Positions 24,528-38,150 of a stretch of 64,000 nt of DNA are shown piece by piece. A program made the position numbers and the translations under genes. The stretch's first letter is position 1, and every line of letters begins with the position of its first letter. The DNA is from Vicugna vicugna (Eukaryota): the NCBI GenBank assembly GCA_013265495.1, contig MU058290.1, positions 310,001 through 374,000 on the forward strand. Reading direction: 5' to 3'. The notes under the pieces are model-generated. The model ran no database searches. It was not told the DNA's origin and saw only the letters and a program-made list of their open reading frames with translations.

Positions 24528-26538
24528 GTAAGTATTTATGGCCACTCAGGCCAGATATAGAGAGGCAGCAACAGAAGCAAGAATGCTGTTCAATCTTCCT
24601 TGTGGCCCTTTAGCAAGCAGCATGGGCAGTGTTTGATGGCATCCAGTGTGTGTGGTTTTGCAAAGCTGGGTCTGCAGAGGTGATGTCTTTCTTTTTATAA
24701 CTTGAGTATTCACAACCACTTGCAGGGTGTGCCTCAGTGCTAGGTAGCTCCCTGAGCTGTCTTGATTTCTTACAGGCATGTGTAACCAAATCACAGAGCC
24801 CATCCCAACATGGTCATCTCTTTTAGTGAGAAAAAGTCTATGTTAAAATACTGCTTATTTGTGTACATTTTTAAAGAAAAATAAAACCTCTTACACTTAG
24901 GTATAAATTAAGTGTTATCCCCAGATCAACCATAGATAGCATGGCTCTGGATTTCCCACAGGCTTAAATAGAAAACAGCATGTAGCCCACTCTGCATTAT
25001 TTCCTAGGGATTAATTCACTGGAGCTCATGCTTTGCTTAGGTTTTCAGGCTATTTTTATTTGATAGTCATTTGCATGGGGGATTTCCTTTATGCTTTGAG
25101 TGCCTAACTGCTCACTGTTACAAGTTCATGTTGGCCTTCTGAGCATTTTCTATTTAGGCCTCATTTTCACCTTCTTTTCCTTTCTTTTGACATAGAGAAT
25201 TGCTTTTTAACCTACCATTACTTATTTTGCTCTGAGGGGCAGAATAAAGAACACAGCTGCCTTATATTTACATTTGCAGTTTAGAGGTTGTTCTTGTTTT
25301 TCCTTTTTTTCCGTCTTCCCACAGAAACATTATTCACAGCCTGAAGTGCAAAACATAGATAGCCATTTTTAATAAGCACAGTCAATTTAACCACAGAATG
25401 TCTACGAGAATTTAGCTTTAAAAATACAACCGATTTTTATATTTCAAAAATAACTCAAATTACTTTCTTACAAAATACACTTCTGATACTGTTGGTTTGG
25501 CATTACCCTGGTTACACTCTGGGGCAGCCATACCTGGGAGCTGTGGGCGCACACGTGCCCTCGCCGCGGTAATGATGACTGCAGCTCACTTGGTGCGACT
25601 CACACTCACCACAGAGGAACACACAGTAATAAAGTGGCTTTTCCAAAAGTGACAACTACGACTTCCTCACATACTGTACGTGTCACTCTGTAGCCTTAAT
25701 GGCAGCATTTAACTCAGCCCGACCTGTGTAGCCAGCAGGACTGTTCTTTTTTCAATCAGGAAACTTTTCAGGCAAAGTTGTTTTATTTTACTCTAATTCC
25801 TTAATCTGGTAAGTGTTTACATTTTAAGGCATAATGTAATGTCCTTTAAAATTTTTTATTTGGCTTCTACTAAATAATTGCTTTTAACTCTTAATTCCTT
25901 CATTCAAACCTGCATTCTTAAACATATTTGAACTAACCATTTAAACCATTCTAATTCATGTTTGTGCTTTTGCAATGTGCCAGGTAATGAACAGAATTAA
26001 AAAAAAATAAAATGGCCATAGCTGTGAATATAGCCAGGGGCTTTTTCACAGTACATCTGTCTGCAGTGTCATATGGTTTCTGACCATCTGTTTAAATTAG
26101 AGGATCAGAATTTGACCTTCACTATGTGTTTTAAAGGGGCTTGTATCTAGAAACATGATTCTGTTTGTATCTGGAGCTGGGCTTATTGTTAGAGGAAATG
26201 CATTAAATTGACACCATTTCTTTCCTAGAATTTTCCTCATTTATACCAGCATCTCATTATTATAAAATTTTTGAAAATCAGATACCAATCACATATTTCT
26301 TCTATCTTATTGCATGGATAAATTATAGTCATATTTTAAAGTTTCATGCACATACAAAACCCTTACATCCTTGAGGTTTCAGGGACTGAGTGATATGTGC
26401 CATACAAGCAGTTACTGTATAACAGTGTGGGTATAGGAACATTTTGATAAGCAGGGAGAGGAGGTTTAGGACATGTTATGCATGGCCATTCTTAAGACTG
26501 AGACAGGAGCCACTAATGATCTTTTTATCCCACTGTAG

Positions 26539-26595
26539 GAGAAGGTTGACAGGACAGCTTCCAGCAATCCTGATCTTCATCTAAACAGGGCAACG
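26539..26595 (+). CDS. TTC5: TTC5 exon 6 (includes D225)
   Basis: EKVDRTASSNPDLHLNRAT; ctgtag| and acg|gtaaag. Confidence 0.96.
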
Positions 26596-27151
26596 GTAAA
26601 GAAAAAAATGTCATTTATGTGAGGGAATGGTCATCTGAAGGTCAAATAAATAAGACATCTAGGTCTTAGTCTGTGAGGATAAGTGAGTATTCTTAGGGAC
26701 AAGTTTGGGTACAAACTGCAAGAGGAAAGCCAAACTATTTCTAGGAAAAGCTAGCTTAGTTTGATTAAAGTATCTGGAGGGAAAGGAAATGGGCCTGAGG
26801 AGGTGGGAAGGTGAATAGAGGATGGGGCACAGTTTAGAAGACTTCTCTGACATGTTCATTATAAACATACAGATAGACTCACCCAATATATGCAACTTAG
26901 CTGCTTTAGAGTTTGGAAGTTAGCTTCTTTGAAAGGATTCCATCTTTGGGGTTGTGGTCACCTTGGCCAGGAAGAAGGGTGAAAGGTGTTAATTAGCTCT
27001 TCAGGCTGTTCATTTGTAGAAGAGGAAAACAACTGGGAAGGAAAATAATTTATTTCTCTAGATTTCTAGCCCACTGTGCTGTTACTGCCCCCAGCATAGG
27101 TTGTGTTAAATACACTTATAATCAGGAGGTTTCTGGTTACTTCTTGTGCAG

Positions 27152-27298
27152 TTACATAAATATGAAGAGAATTACGGGGAGGCCCTGGAGGGCTTCTCTC
27201 GGGCTGCAGCACTGGACCCTGCCTGGCCAGAGCCCTGGCAACGAGAGCAACAACTCCTGGAATTCCTGAATAGATTAACCAGCCTCCTAGAGAGCAAG
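27152..27298 (+). CDS. TTC5: TTC5 exon 7 (includes E259)
   Basis: [49 protein letters not shown]; gtgcag| and aag|gtaaag. Confidence 0.97.
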
Positions 27299-27477
27299 GT
27301 AAAGATGTCCAAAGGCTGAATCCTGCTTTTTTATTCTGCTGCAGGTCAGTAAAATAAGAATCAAATAGGCCTCAGTAGTAGTGACCCTACGGAAGTGGGT
27401 AGGTGGGAGGGAAGGACTAGGCTCTCAAGGAGAGTGAGTATCTCCCAGCTTCTTACCTATTTCCTTTTCCTTTGCAG

Positions 27478-27692
27478 GGAAAGGTGAAGACCAAAAAGTT
27501 ACAGAGCATGCTGGGAAGCTTGCGCTTAGCCCATCTAGGCCCTTGTGGTGATGGGCGCTATCAGTCAGCCTCTGGGCAGAAGGTGACCCTGGAGCACAAG
27601 CCACTGAGTGCTCTGCAGCCTGGTGTAAACAGTGGGGCTGTGGTCCTGGGGAAGGTGGTGTTCAGCCTTACCACGGAGGAGAAAGTCCCCTT
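27478..27692 (+). CDS. TTC5: TTC5 exon 8
   Basis: [16 protein letters not shown]...[12 protein letters not shown]; tttgcag| and tt|gtgagt. Confidence 0.97.
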
Positions 27693-29619
27693 GTGAGTTT
27701 CTCTTGCCTTTCCTCTTTTTCATCCTTTTGAACCAAATGTTCTCATTTCCTGGCCTTTCTCTGGAAGTTGAGGGCATTGTTAGTGGTCAGAGATTAGTGA
27801 GTTCTTCTTCCTTCTGTGACTGTCTCAAGAGCAGGTATTGTCTAAGTGATGCCTAGCAATCTCTTTGTAGGTTCTGTTACCACCCATTTTTTCCCTGAAC
27901 TTGATGTTCTGTGGACTCCTACATCTGTAGCTGAAATTTGACAGCTGCATTTTTTATAAGGCAGATGGAAACCTTAAAATTCTCCTATTTCTTTGTGTTT
28001 TCATAATCATAGAAGTTGAAGGAAGAAGAATTCTAAGTCCTGTTTGCACTTAGGTATGCCTAAGCAGTTCTGGAAGATGAGCTTTGAGTTTGAATTTAAG
28101 GCCTATGGGGAGATTCTCTCAGATGTTACTCAGCAAATATTTATTGAACACCAGCTATATGTGTTGTAGAGAGTTAAAAAAAAATGCTCCTAAGTGAAGG
28201 GTGCTTATAGTCTAGCAGAGGAAATGAGTTAAGAATATTCATTTAGAAGTTTTCTGGCTCATGACTAATTAGGGTTTAGTCAGTGCCATCACTCCTTGGT
28301 CTTTCACTCACTTTCTAATTCCTGGTTGACTGGTTTCCTTTTTCTGTTTTCTACTGACATTTTTTTTTTCTGGGATCACCAGTGTCTGATCCAGTGGCTT
28401 CCACCACATGGCTCTATAACATTCTGACTGATCTCTCACTAGTCCCTTTCATATACCTCTGCTCTGCTCAAACTGAAATACTCACAGCTTCCATTGTATG
28501 CCTGATTTTTCTCCATTTTCAGGGTGTGTGCATTTGATAAAGAGCAAGAAGATAGTTGAACAAAGGTTAGTTACTAGAGCAGACCCTAGATCTAAGAGGA
28601 ATGAGAAAGAAATATAGACACAGGTGGGTTTTAGGGGCCCTTGAGAACAAATATGTTGCCATTGCTTGGTTTCTCTTTTTCTGTCCAATTTCTAAACGTT
28701 AAGTTCCAGGAGGACTCCGTTTTTGTTCCTTGCCTCTTTTCTCTCTATACGAGGACGGCAGATAGGTGCTGACTTTGATTACTTGACAGTGGCTGCCCGA
28801 CTGTGTAGGAGGCTTTGAGTAGTTTTACCAGGAGAATGCTTGATTGCAGTTTACTGTGAATTCAGGTGTCCCAAGTGGTGGCACGCATGTGGATTCTTCG
28901 CTGTCTTATTTGTAGGTCATCTCGTTTGGTGATGTCCTGTAAACCCAAGGCTTTCACTACCTCCTCTATGCTCACAGGTTTATCTCAGCCCAGGCCTCAT
29001 TTCCAAGTTTTGGATGCCCAGTTGCCTCTGGGCTCCAATCAGAAATCTGTACCTCAGTATCTTCAAAATTACTCACCTCGTCTTTCTCTCTCATCCTGTT
29101 TCTACCTGAATTCTTAGTCAATCAGTGGTACCATATATACCCAGTCACTTAATTAAGACTTATGGAAGCTTTAGACTTCTCCATTCTCCTGCATTGCAGT
29201 TACCAGGCCCAATAGATGAGCCTTTTTGTCCTTATTTCCCTGTCTCTTCTAATATAATTCAGCCTCTTACCACTTCTCCAATCTCCCGACTCCCTGTTTC
29301 TCCTCCATTGATCTGCAGTCCAGAGAAATATTTTCCAGATGCAGATATGACCATTGCTATTTCTTATTTAAAATCCCATACTCATCGTGCGTAGCTTTCA
29401 GGATTAAGTTTGAATTCCTTAGCCTAGCTTAGCATTCAAAGCTCTTTATGATTTTTTTCCCTGCCTCCCTCTGTCCATTATCTTCTGTCACTTTCCCACA
29501 TGGGGTTAACCATGGGATTATCTTGTAGGTTTCAGAACAGCTATTTTCATGTGCCTTGCCTTTACACAGAGTTAGCATGCCTGGATAATCCTTTTGCTGC
29601 TTCCTGATATGGATAACAT

Positions 29620-30110
29620 TTTCCCCTCCAACATTTTTATCATAAAAATTTTAAAACGTATAGCAAAATTGAAGGAATTTTACAGTGAACATTTATGTAT
29701 CCAATTACCTATATTCTACTATTAATATTTTACTATTCTTAGTTTATCATATATCTATACCCCTATTCATCCACTGATCCATCTTATCTTTGGTGCATTT
29801 CAAAGTAAATTGCAGACATTAGTATACTTTCCTCTAAATAATTCAGCATGCAGTCATTAACTTGAATTCAATATATGTTTATAATTTTCTTCTTTTTATG
29901 TAAAATTTGCATGCAATGAAACCTACAAATCTTAGGGTACATTTGCTAAGCTTTGACAAATGCATACACCTATGTAACCCAAATGCCTAGTGAGATAGAG
30001 AACATTACTGCCACCTCAGGAAGTTATCTCATGTTCCCTCCCAGTTAAGCCCTATTCCCATCCCCTCAGAGGTTTTTTATTTCCACTGAGGATTAGTTTT
30101 CCTGTTTTAA
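29620..30110 (-). mobile_element. Old L1 (L1MC/ME-like) 3' fragments
   Basis: aaaattgaaggaattttacagtgaacatttatgtatcc and ctttgacaaatgcatacacctatgtaacc motifs. Confidence 0.55.
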
Positions 30111-30793
30111 CCCAGCTAATTTTTCATTCTTTAAATTCATTTGAAGGGTCTCCTCTTCCAGGAAACTTTCCCAGCTTTCCTTTGATTTAGACATTTCTCC
30201 TCTGGGCTCCCACAGCCCAGCCTTTGGCCTTACTGAATTCAACACAAGGGAAAAGCTATTCTAGCACCTACTGCAGTTGTACTGGAAGTGATGGATTGAT
30301 TGTTTGACATCCACTAGACTTTAAGCTCACTCATAGCTGAATTGGTGTCTTATTACTAAACATAGTGCTTGACAGAAAATGAGTATTCAGTGAAAGTTTG
30401 TGGAATTAAATTGACAGTGACGGTTAGAGAGTTTGATGAAGGTGGTGATAGTTAAATTGACAGAATAGGAATAATGTTCAGCTGCAACATTTCTAGCTAG
30501 TTCATTATTAATATTTGAATGGCCTCAGTGTGCATGTGTCCCAAGTTCTTGGCACAGTGACTGATAAGTTTTGTGCAGATTCACTAAAGATATTATATAT
30601 CTAAGAAAAATGAACACTCAGATGTACATAGTAGATGATGGTACCATCATAGATTTTGTATGTAAGAAACTGAGAAAGCATTTTTTTATTTTGCTAACAT
30701 TTTAAAACCACTGTTTCTGCTTTTCTTTCCTGCCCACTCCCCTGCCCCATCCCCTCCTTTTTTTTTCTCTCTTAACCCATCTTAACCTGGAAG

Positions 30794-30938
30794 TACATTT
30801 GGCCTGGTAGATTCAGATGGACCTTGCTATGCAGTGATGGTGTATAATATGGTGCAGAGTTGGGGAGTGCTCATTGGGGACTCTGTAGCCATCCCTGAGC
30901 CTAACCTTCGACTTCACCGAATTCAGCACAAGGGAAAG
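30794..30938 (+). CDS. TTC5: TTC5 exon 9 (OB fold)
   Basis: [48 protein letters not shown]; ggaag| acceptor in phase 2, aag|gtgagt donor. Confidence 0.95.
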
Positions 30939-31194
30939 GTGAGTGATGGCTAAGATTCTTTCCAACTCATAGGCTCAGAAAGTGGGACCAAGTTTATCTC
31001 TTTTAAAAAATATATATAAAGTAGTGTATATATATGTGTGTGTGAGCTGTATAACATATATATACACACACACATATATATGTATATATATACGTATATA
31101 TGTAATCTATTCTGTACTAAAAAGCTGTACTAGAAAGTAGGTTTTTTTAATTAAAAAACTACTGGTAAAGATACAAAAAGAATTTTAAAAATGG

Positions 31195-31600
31195 ACTGAA
31201 CAGACAGAGAAAGACAAATACACATATTACTTATATGTGAAATCTAAAAAAGCTGAACTTGGGAAAAAGAGAGTAGAATGGTGGTTATTCCAGGGGTGGG
31301 TGAATTGGGGAGGTGTCGTTTAAGGGTACAAACTTGCAACCAGTAGATAAATAAGTCCCGGAGAGCTCATGCATAGTGATTATAGACCACAATATGGTAT
31401 TACAAACTTCACAGTTGCCAAGAGACTAGCTCTTAATTGTTCCCACCACAAATAAGAAATGATAAATATGTGCTGTGATAGAGCTGTTAGCTAATGCAAA
31501 GGCGGTAATCACATTGCAGTATATAAATATATCAAATCAACACATTGTACACCTTAAACTTACATAATATGTCAAGATTTTCCATATAAATAAATTTTTT
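31195..31600 (+). mobile_element. L1 3'UTR fragment
   Basis: cagacagagaaagacaaatac...aagggtacaaacttgcaaccagtagataaataagtcc...gtacaccttaaacttaca. Confidence 0.75.
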
Positions 31601-32155
31601 AAAATGGACTGAAATACTGTTACTCTGATGTTATTACGGTTAACAGTTTGGTATGTAAACCTCCATTCTTTTCATAAATATACACACATTCATATGTATG
31701 TTTTTAAATATGAGTGGAAAATTAGATACAAATGTTTGTGAACATTTCCTCTGTTTTTACATATTCTTTAACATTGTTTTGAATCAACGCATAGAGGTGG
31801 TGATGAAGATGATGATGATAGTTAACATTACTGGACAATTAACTGATACGAGACACTGTGCTAAGAGCTTTGCTCCCTTCACTGGCTCTTTTAATCCTCA
31901 CAAAAACGCTGCAAGAGTAGTTTTTTAAAAATAATTTTAAAAAATTGAATTACAATTGATTTATAATATTAGTTTCAGGTGTACAGCAAAGTGATATATA
32001 TATGTATACACACACATACATATATATATCCTTTTTCAGATTCTTTCCCATTCTAGGTTATTACAGGATATTGAATATAGTTCCTTGTGCTATATAGTAG
32101 GTCCTTGTTTATCTATGAGAGTAGGTATTTAACTACTTTTTCTCCATTTAGATTA

Positions 32156-32491
32156 AGGGTCAGCAGAATATGGCCGACTGAGCGTGACCAACAGGCTCAT
32201 TGCCTGTTTTCTAATGGCCTGTGAGCCAAGGATGGTTTCTGTATTTTTAAATGAAAACAGTTGAAAGAAGAATAATAATTTATGATACATGAAAATTAGA
32301 GAAAATTCAGGTTTCAGTGTTTGTAACTAAATTTCTTTTTTAAAACAAAGTACACTCATTTGTTTACTTTTGTCTGTGGCTGCTTTTGCACTGCAGTGTC
32401 ACAGTTGAATAGTTTAGTGACAGAGGCCATATGACCCACATAGCCTAAAAGATTTATTATTTGGCCCTTTACAAAAAAACTTGCTGACCTC
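32156..32491. mobile_element. MER58B-like hAT-Charlie element
   Basis: Terminal inverted repeats ggtcagca...tgctgacc; internal ttgtctgtggctgcttttgcactgca and tttggccctttac. Confidence 0.75.
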
Positions 32492-33608
32492 AGATCTAGA
32501 TTATTTCTAATTTTTTCGTATTATAAAAGTATCATAGTAAATATTTTTATTTCTACCCATATCCACGATTGTTAAATGAATTTAATTAATTCTTTAAAGA
32601 AATTAAATAAATTTCTAAGGTAGAACTCTGGCTCCAGAGGGTATGCAGAATTCTAAGACTTTTGATACGTATTGCCAAATTATTTTTTGGAATATGTTTG
32701 TACCAGTTATTACCAACAGTGGATGTAAATAATTGTTTTTCCATAGTTTTCATCACAACTCTATATAGAAACCTTTGAAAAATTATTTGCTGGTTTTACA
32801 TGGAAGGTACATGGGTTTGGTTTCTTGATTATTGGTGAGGTTGAAAATTTTATCAAATATTTATTGACTATATTCCTTTTATAAATTGCCTTTTTTTTTT
32901 TTGGTCACTTGTCCATATCCTGTTAGGAGGTTTAAAAATATTGATTTATGAGAACTCTTTAATTTACTTTGACTTAAATGAGACTCCTTTACTCTCCAAA
33001 TAGAACATTTTTTTGGGAGGGGGTAAAAGATCTTTTAATGACATGTTTTACAACTTAAAGTACAATTTGAACTGATAAAGTGAGCTGGTATTTTCTGTTA
33101 TTAGGGAAATGTCTGAGCCTGCATTCTGTTAATTCCTCCTGATATAAAGGGAGAAGTAAGTCTAATTTATATTTGGTTGATTAATTTATGGCCTTACAAA
33201 CACTTGAGCTATGAGTTTCTCAGAATTTCCATTGGCTCTGGCTGGCTGCTGTGTGCATGTGGTTATAATTGTCGATAAACACTGTGGGAAGGACAGATTC
33301 TGTAGAGCTGATGAGACCCTATAGTTGAGCAGTGTCAGCATCCTGTCTTTCTTGAATCAGAGGATTGTCCCATTCTTGTAGTGACAATACTGGCACCTTA
33401 CCTGCCCCAGATTTTCCTTCTGAAGATTGAAAATGGTAAAATTACGTCCTCTTCGTTAGCTCAGTTTTGTTTAATAAAAGATGGAGGTAAGGGGTGTTAT
33501 CTATTGGGGGAGCGGACGGGGAAGAAAATCACAGGTGGTGTATCCCTGTGCTGGAGTTTCTTCTGTCTTAGGATCTGTAATGAGCTTCTGTATATTTGTC
33601 TTTTCTAG

Positions 33609-33728
33609 GACTATTCCTTTTCCAGCATTCGCGTGGAGACGCCCCTCCTGCTCGTGGTGAATGGGAAGCCTCAGGGCTCCAGCAGCCAGGCTGCTGCCAC
33701 AGTGGCATCGCGGCCACAGTGTGAATGA
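33609..33728 (+). CDS. TTC5: TTC5 exon 10 (last coding exon)
   Basis: [39 protein letters not shown]; tttttctag|, TGA 33726-33728. Confidence 0.97.
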   Translation, partial: DYSFSSIRVETPLLLVVNGKPQGSSSQAAATVASRPQCE

Positions 33729-34225
33729 CCCTCTCTGGCTTGCATGCTAACGAGGGAGTGGAGGCGAGGAGATAAGCTCAAGGTCACTTGGCAGCCCGAC
33801 CAGCCACATCCAGTGACTCAACTGGAATTGGGGGGATGTTTTAGATGACGACTTTCCCTTCCTCTGCCTTGTAAGACACGATGTGTCCCTTCTTCTCTGC
33901 TATTATGTTCACCTCTCTCTGGGGCCACACGCTTCCCTGTTATATCTCTCCTGCCTCTTTTATTGCTCTTCTATGTTTTAGACAAAGAGCATGGAATTGG
34001 TAGAAGTGTTGGGACCTTGCCATGGGACAGAGTCCCCGAGGTTCCTGTTCTTGCCTCCTTCCTGAGCCTCATGTGTATATATTATTTCAGTATTTATTGC
34101 TAAGAAAGGGGGCTTAATTTTTTAATGGCTTAGTTTTTGAGCAATTTTATTTTATTTTTATTTTTAAAATTTAGGTCCTTCCCCTCCTTTGGGGCTGGAA
34201 CAGAATTAAATTTGTTTGGAAAAAA

Positions 34226-34231
34226 AATAAA
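34226..34231 (+). terminator. Candidate TTC5 poly(A) signal AATAAA (ATTAAA at 34205-34210)
   Basis: Hexamers about 500 nt after the stop, followed by GT/T-rich sequence. Confidence 0.6.
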
Positions 34232-34619
34232 ACTGTGTAGTTTGGCCTGTTTCATTCTCTCCAGGCTTGGACTCTTGGTTTTAGGATCCCTTTAATCTAT
34301 TATAGTAGTACCCACTCCTCGCCTTTTTTTCTTTATACAAAGTAGTTTATTTCTCTCCCAGCTAAAAGATTTCTGGCAATAGGCAGCCCAGGGCAGGAAT
34401 GGCAGCTTCACAAAGTCGTTGGGAACCAGCTTCCTTCCATTTCCCCATTCTCTCATCCCAAAGGGTGGCCCTTACCATAGGCCAAGAGGACAGCAGCACT
34501 CTTCTAATAGTGTTACTGGGCTGAGAGACCAGAGAGAGCTAGATACTCAGTTTCTTTTGATTCTAATAATACATTTTATAACAGTTTCTTTTAACATCCT
34601 TGTGGAAAAATGGGAAAAA

Positions 34620-35280
34620 TTTGCAGAAGGGATTATTAACCAACCTGAATGGTTATAACCAGAGAGTACATTAATGGATACAGATTGATTTGGAAGACTT
34701 CTAGTGATATGGCTCAGGTCTTTGTCCTTGGTCCAGTCCTGTTCAACTCTTGATCAGTGACCTGAATATCATTGATGATTCATTCAATTTGTGAAGAATG
34801 TAAAATGCAGAGAACTCCACAGAAAATGGATGATAGAATAACCATCAGTCTATCTTTTAAAGTCTATTCTTTTGGTCCAGAAAGGCCAACTGTCTGAGGT
34901 GTATCTTCAACATCATGCCTGAAATATTATTGGAATTTAGTAGACAGGATAAAGTCAGTATGGTAACCAGTATGATACAGTTGCAGCACTTTTTGGCCTA
35001 TACCAATGAATCTGCTAGCCAGAGAGAGTTTTTAATACTGTGTTTGTCACAACACATGTGGAGCCTTGTATTTAGTTCTGGTTGTTGATTTTGAGGCCTA
35101 GAGTCATGGAAATATGATCAAGAACTTGAAAGGATGTAAAATATCTTGAGAAACGGTTGAAAGCAATTGGGGAGGAGGGGTGTGGTGGGGTGTGTATGTT
35201 AGAATCAGTAGAGAGGAGATCCAATAACTGTTCCCCTTTTACTCAAGTCCTGAGACAATCTGACATGTTTATGTTGAGCC
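34620..35280 (+). mobile_element. L3/CR1 LINE remnant
   Basis: ctttgtccttggtccagtcctgttcaactcttgatcagtgacctg resembles the CR1 RT motif GSVLGPVLFNIFINDL. Confidence 0.55.
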
Positions 35281-35294
35281 AAACAATAGAAAGA

Positions 35295-35313
35295 TGGCCA
35301 GTAGGTGGTAGCA
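35295..35313 (+). promoter_or_regulatory. Candidate CTCF motif
   Basis: TGGCCAGTAGGTGGTAGCA, one mismatch to the core consensus. Confidence 0.4.
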
Positions 35314-35329
35314 GCAGAGCTTAAAAGAT

Positions 35330-38150
35330 TTTATGATGAAATATATGTACAAATGAGAATACAAAGTATGTATGTACAGATTAAAGGTAATTAGAATATA
35401 CCTGTGAAAATGTCCACCTGGCTTAAAATCTAGAACATCATTAGTATCTCAGAAGCCCTGTGTGCCTCTCCATGATTTCATTTCATTTTTGTTTACAAAT
35501 ATATCTCATTGTATGATTATGCTACAGTGTATTCATCCTACTGTTAAAGGACATTTGGGTTTTTTTTTTTTTTTTGCTATTAAGGCGGTACATTATTAAT
35601 ATTCTGTACATGTCCTAATACGTAAATGCAAGAGTTCCTTTTATAGCAGTGGTTCTCTAACAGTGCTCCTAGACCAAGAGCATCAGTGTCACCTGAAGCT
35701 TCTTAGAAATGCAAATTCTCAGGTCTCTGTCCCCGAATTAGAAATTCTGGGGAAGAGTTTAGCAATCTGTGTTTAACAAATCCTCCAGGCAATTTTGATG
35801 CATACTAACGTATGAGAACCAGTGTTTCCGAGTATAGGCACAAGAATAGAATTGCTGGAGTTACATGTGCTCAACTTTTTTGAGAAACAGCAAACATTTC
35901 CAAAGTGGTTGTACCAATTTATGTCTCTGCTGTCAGTGTGTGAGTCTTCCTAATGCTCCGCATCTTCATCTATGTTGTCTTATGTTCTAGGGTTCCCAAA
36001 TATAGGAGGTTTGAGTGATATTCCCCTATAGCCTTAATGAGCATTTCTCTCACTGTTAATGGGTTTGAGCATCTTTTCACATATTTAACAAGCCACTTAT
36101 ATTTTCTCATGATACAGTGCCTATTCGTGCCTTTGCCCGCTTCTGTATTGGATTTCAGATTGATTGTAGGATTTATTTATCTCCTGTGGTAATCTTTTGT
36201 CATTTTATGTACTGCAAACGTCTTAAGAGTTTTTAGCTTGTCTTTTTTTTTTTTAACTCTCTGTATTGGATCTTTTGTTGAACAAAACTGAACTTAATTT
36301 CAGTGTTATTGAATTTATCAATATTTTCTTTTATGGTTAGTGCTATTTGTGTATTAAGAAGTCCTTTCCTATCCTGAAGTCAAAGACATTTCCCCTCTAT
36401 TGTTTTATGAATTATCATTTTGTCCTTTTCTTTCATTATGGACTTTCTTTATGTGGTGATGTAGGTATATAATTTTTTTTTCATGAGTAATTAATTTGTC
36501 CAGCACCTTTTATTAAAGATTCATCCTTTACCCACTAATCTTTAAAGCCCCATTTATCTTATACCAACTTGCCATATACAGTATGTAGGTCTGTTTCTGA
36601 ACTCTTTTGATCTGACCTATTCTGGTCTATTTTTTTATTTCTATTCCAATACCATATTGTCTTATAGTTTTATGAAAAGTCAGTATCCAATCAGAATAAC
36701 AGTGGACCATGTTGTTCTTAACAAGTGGCCCATTTACATTTTTGAATCAGTTTCTAAATTTTTAAGAAAAACTCCTCTGGGATTTTGGTTGGGATTCTAT
36801 TGAATTTACAGATCAATTTAGGAAGAATAGATGTATTTATACCTACTTTATCCATAATTTTCTTCATTGTTTAAGTTTTCATTGTTGTTCAGTGTAATTG
36901 TATACTTTTTCTGAAAGTCTTATTTATCTTTTATTAGATTTATTCCTAGATGCTTCATAGTTTTTTATGCTGTTGTAAATAGTAGAATTTTAAAAATTAC
37001 ATTTGCTAACTATGCTTGGGAATATACAGTTGGCTATTTTTCATATTTTTTTTGTAGCTGTGACCTTTTAGAACTCTCTCATTCTAATAATTTGATTCCT
37101 TTGAATTTTCAGTGTATAAACAACAACTGTTTTGTGTTTTCCTTTCCAGTCTTTTTGCCTTTTATTTTGTTTTCTTTTCTGCAGCAGTTCGGATCTCTAG
37201 TATGCTGAATACAAGTGATGATTGCAAGCATCATTGTCTTGTTCCTGTACTTAAAGGAAATATTTTCAAAATTTCAATATTAAGTAAGATGTTTGTTGTA
37301 TGGTTTTTACATATTCTTACTTTCAGATATCAAGGCTGTTTGAGTTTTTATTATGAAAAGTTCATTACATTTTATCTGATGCTTTTTTTGAGGTGGCAGA
37401 TGATTTTTTTTTCTTTTAATCTGTTAATGTGGTGGATTAGAGTACTCCGCTTTTCATTAATAAACCAAACTTGCATTCTTGGGACAAACCTTATTTGGCC
37501 AGGATATGTAATTTTTTATACATTGCTGGATTTACTTGTGTAATATTTAGGATTTCAGATCTGTGGGTCACAAATGATATTAGTTTATGAGTCTATACTC
37601 TGTTTCTGAATCTGTTCTAGTCTAGTTTTGGTATTAAATTTATGCTAGCCTCACACAATGAGTAGAATGTTTCTCCTGTATGTTTATTTGAAAAGTTTAT
37701 ATAAAATCAGCTTATCTTTTTTTTTGGTAGAACTTTCCTGTAAAATCATCAGTACTGGCATTTTCTTTACGGAAGCATTAACTACTGATTTAAATTGTTT
37801 AATGTTTATTGCATTGAATTATTTAAGCTTTCTCTTGATTCAGTTTCGATATTTTGAATTTTTTAGTAATTTATCCATTTCATTTACGTTTTCAAATTTA
37901 CTCTTCTAAATATTCGTAGTACGTCCCTAATTTTTTATTCTCTTTGGCATCAGTAATTTGGTTCCCTTTTTCTCTACTGGTGTTGTTTATTTGCACCTTA
38001 TCTCTTCTTCTTCAGCTTTTTGCCTCTTGCAAGTCTTCAGAGAACTTGACTTTGTTTACCCTCATCTTTTGTATATTTTTTCCTATTTCACTAGTTTTAA
38101 TTTTTATCTTCATAATATCCTCTTTTCACCTTCTTTATAAGAGTGCTTAT
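35330..38150 (-). mobile_element. Degenerate old L1 (L1ME-like) with a MER5A-like insertion at about 35645-35825
   Basis: Long T-rich antisense L1 ORF2/3' sequence; MER5A motifs gcagtggttctc, ttagaaatgcaaattctcagg and tgagaaccagtg. Confidence 0.7.

Noticed and set aside
25572..25680. C-box-like ATGATGA in TTC5 intron 5
   Set aside because: No CTGA D box or terminal stem at a snoRNA-like distance.
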